In this document: positions 63,827-64,000 of the stretch, one piece after another | Numbering within the stretch: position 1 is the stretch's first letter | Layout: each line of letters begins with the position of its first letter | Source of the DNA: Nitrospirota bacterium | GTDB taxonomy: Bacteria; Nitrospirota; UBA9217 | NCBI GenBank assembly: GCA_035516155.1 | Contig: DATJAP010000011.1 | Coordinates: 38,288 to 102,287, forward strand | Direction: 5' to 3' | DNA length: 64,000 bases | Program-made: the position numbers and the translations under genes | The notes under the pieces: generated by a model | The model's database searches: none | Told to the model about the DNA's origin: nothing | Seen by the model: only the letters and a program-made list of their open reading frames with translations

Positions 63827-64000
63827 TCACGGGATGATAATCCTGACCTTCAACCCTTTCCCTGCGTTACTCTCGATTTGCAGGTCCCATCCATGTGCCT
63901 TAACCAGATGTTTGACAATAGCAAGGCCGAGCCCCGTGCCGCCCATGTTCCGTGAACGGCCGGTGTCCACACGATAGAACCGCTCGCCAAGCCGGGGTAA
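63827..64000 (-). CDS. C-terminal end of a PhoR-like sensor histidine kinase (rest outside the window)
   Basis: The minus-strand translation [57 protein letters not shown] matches the PhoR-type G2/ATP-lid block ([21 protein letters not shown]). Confidence 0.7.
   Translation of the reverse strand, partial: LPRLGERFYRVDTGRSRNMGGTGLGLAIVKHLVKAHGWDLQIESNAGKGLKVRIIIP

Noticed and set aside
63780-63835. Inverted repeat GTGAGG-GGCCG-CCTCAC between the nitroreductase and the PhoR-like gene, considered as a possible bidirectional terminator.
   Set aside because: The stem is only 6 bp, overlaps the kinase stop codon and lacks a U-tract. It is too weak to call.
1-64000. Searched by eye for CRISPR arrays, rRNA/tRNA genes, intact IS elements, integrases and toxin-antitoxin or classic defence genes.
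   Set aside because: None was recognised. The only repeats seen are the (AT)n tract, the 66-bp coding repeat and the short phased heptamers. tRNAscan/Infernal would be needed to exclude small RNAs formally.

Overview
The window looks like a chromosomal segment from an anaerobic, Desulfobacterota-like bacterium. That placement is an inference from gene content: exosortase, DUF3562, bacteriohemerythrin, CW-motif peptide, HMA2 domains. No rRNA, tRNA, CRISPR array or intact mobile element was recognised.

**1-27.2 kb, plus strand.** One large exopolysaccharide locus.
- It has an AT-rich glycan-specific cassette: Wzx tail, GT2, three GT4, a Wzy-like polymerase, a methyltransferase, an epimerase, a radical SAM/SPASM enzyme, a secreted GH20-like enzyme and a beta-helix lipoprotein.
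- It carries a complete GDP-heptose-type pathway, including a three-domain fusion.
- It ends in a GC-rich PEP-CTERM/exosortase core: exosortase-EpsI fusion, WecA-like primer transferase, TPR lipoprotein, Wza-like exporter, outer-membrane barrel, chain-length determinant and a CpsD/EpsG-like ATPase.

**27-31 kb.** Gene-poor, with a decayed RAYT/IS200-like remnant and small ORFs.

**31.4-39.6 kb, minus strand.** An apparent phosphate-starvation membrane-lipid remodelling operon: PsiE-like, GH1, PHP phosphoesterase, GT21-like glycosyltransferase, OlsF-like bifunctional acyltransferase, MprF-type flippase-like protein and a soluble histidine kinase.

**39.7-64 kb.**
- Hemerythrin, an ArsC fragment next to an (AT)n microsatellite, and a PhoB-like regulator.
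- The most unusual module: a DUF5132-like protein, an HMA2+TM protein, a 22-residue-repeat amphipathic protein and an HMA2-fused P2-type ATPase.
- metK, mgtA plus an EIIA-like gene, a PHP-GT4 fusion with a radical SAM enzyme, a PilZ protein, a nitroreductase and a PhoR-like kinase tail.

**Cross-cutting signal.** 11-bp-phased TGTTACA-type direct repeats (Pho-box-like) recur in at least five intergenic regions, with two weaker arrays elsewhere. They link many of these accessory operons.
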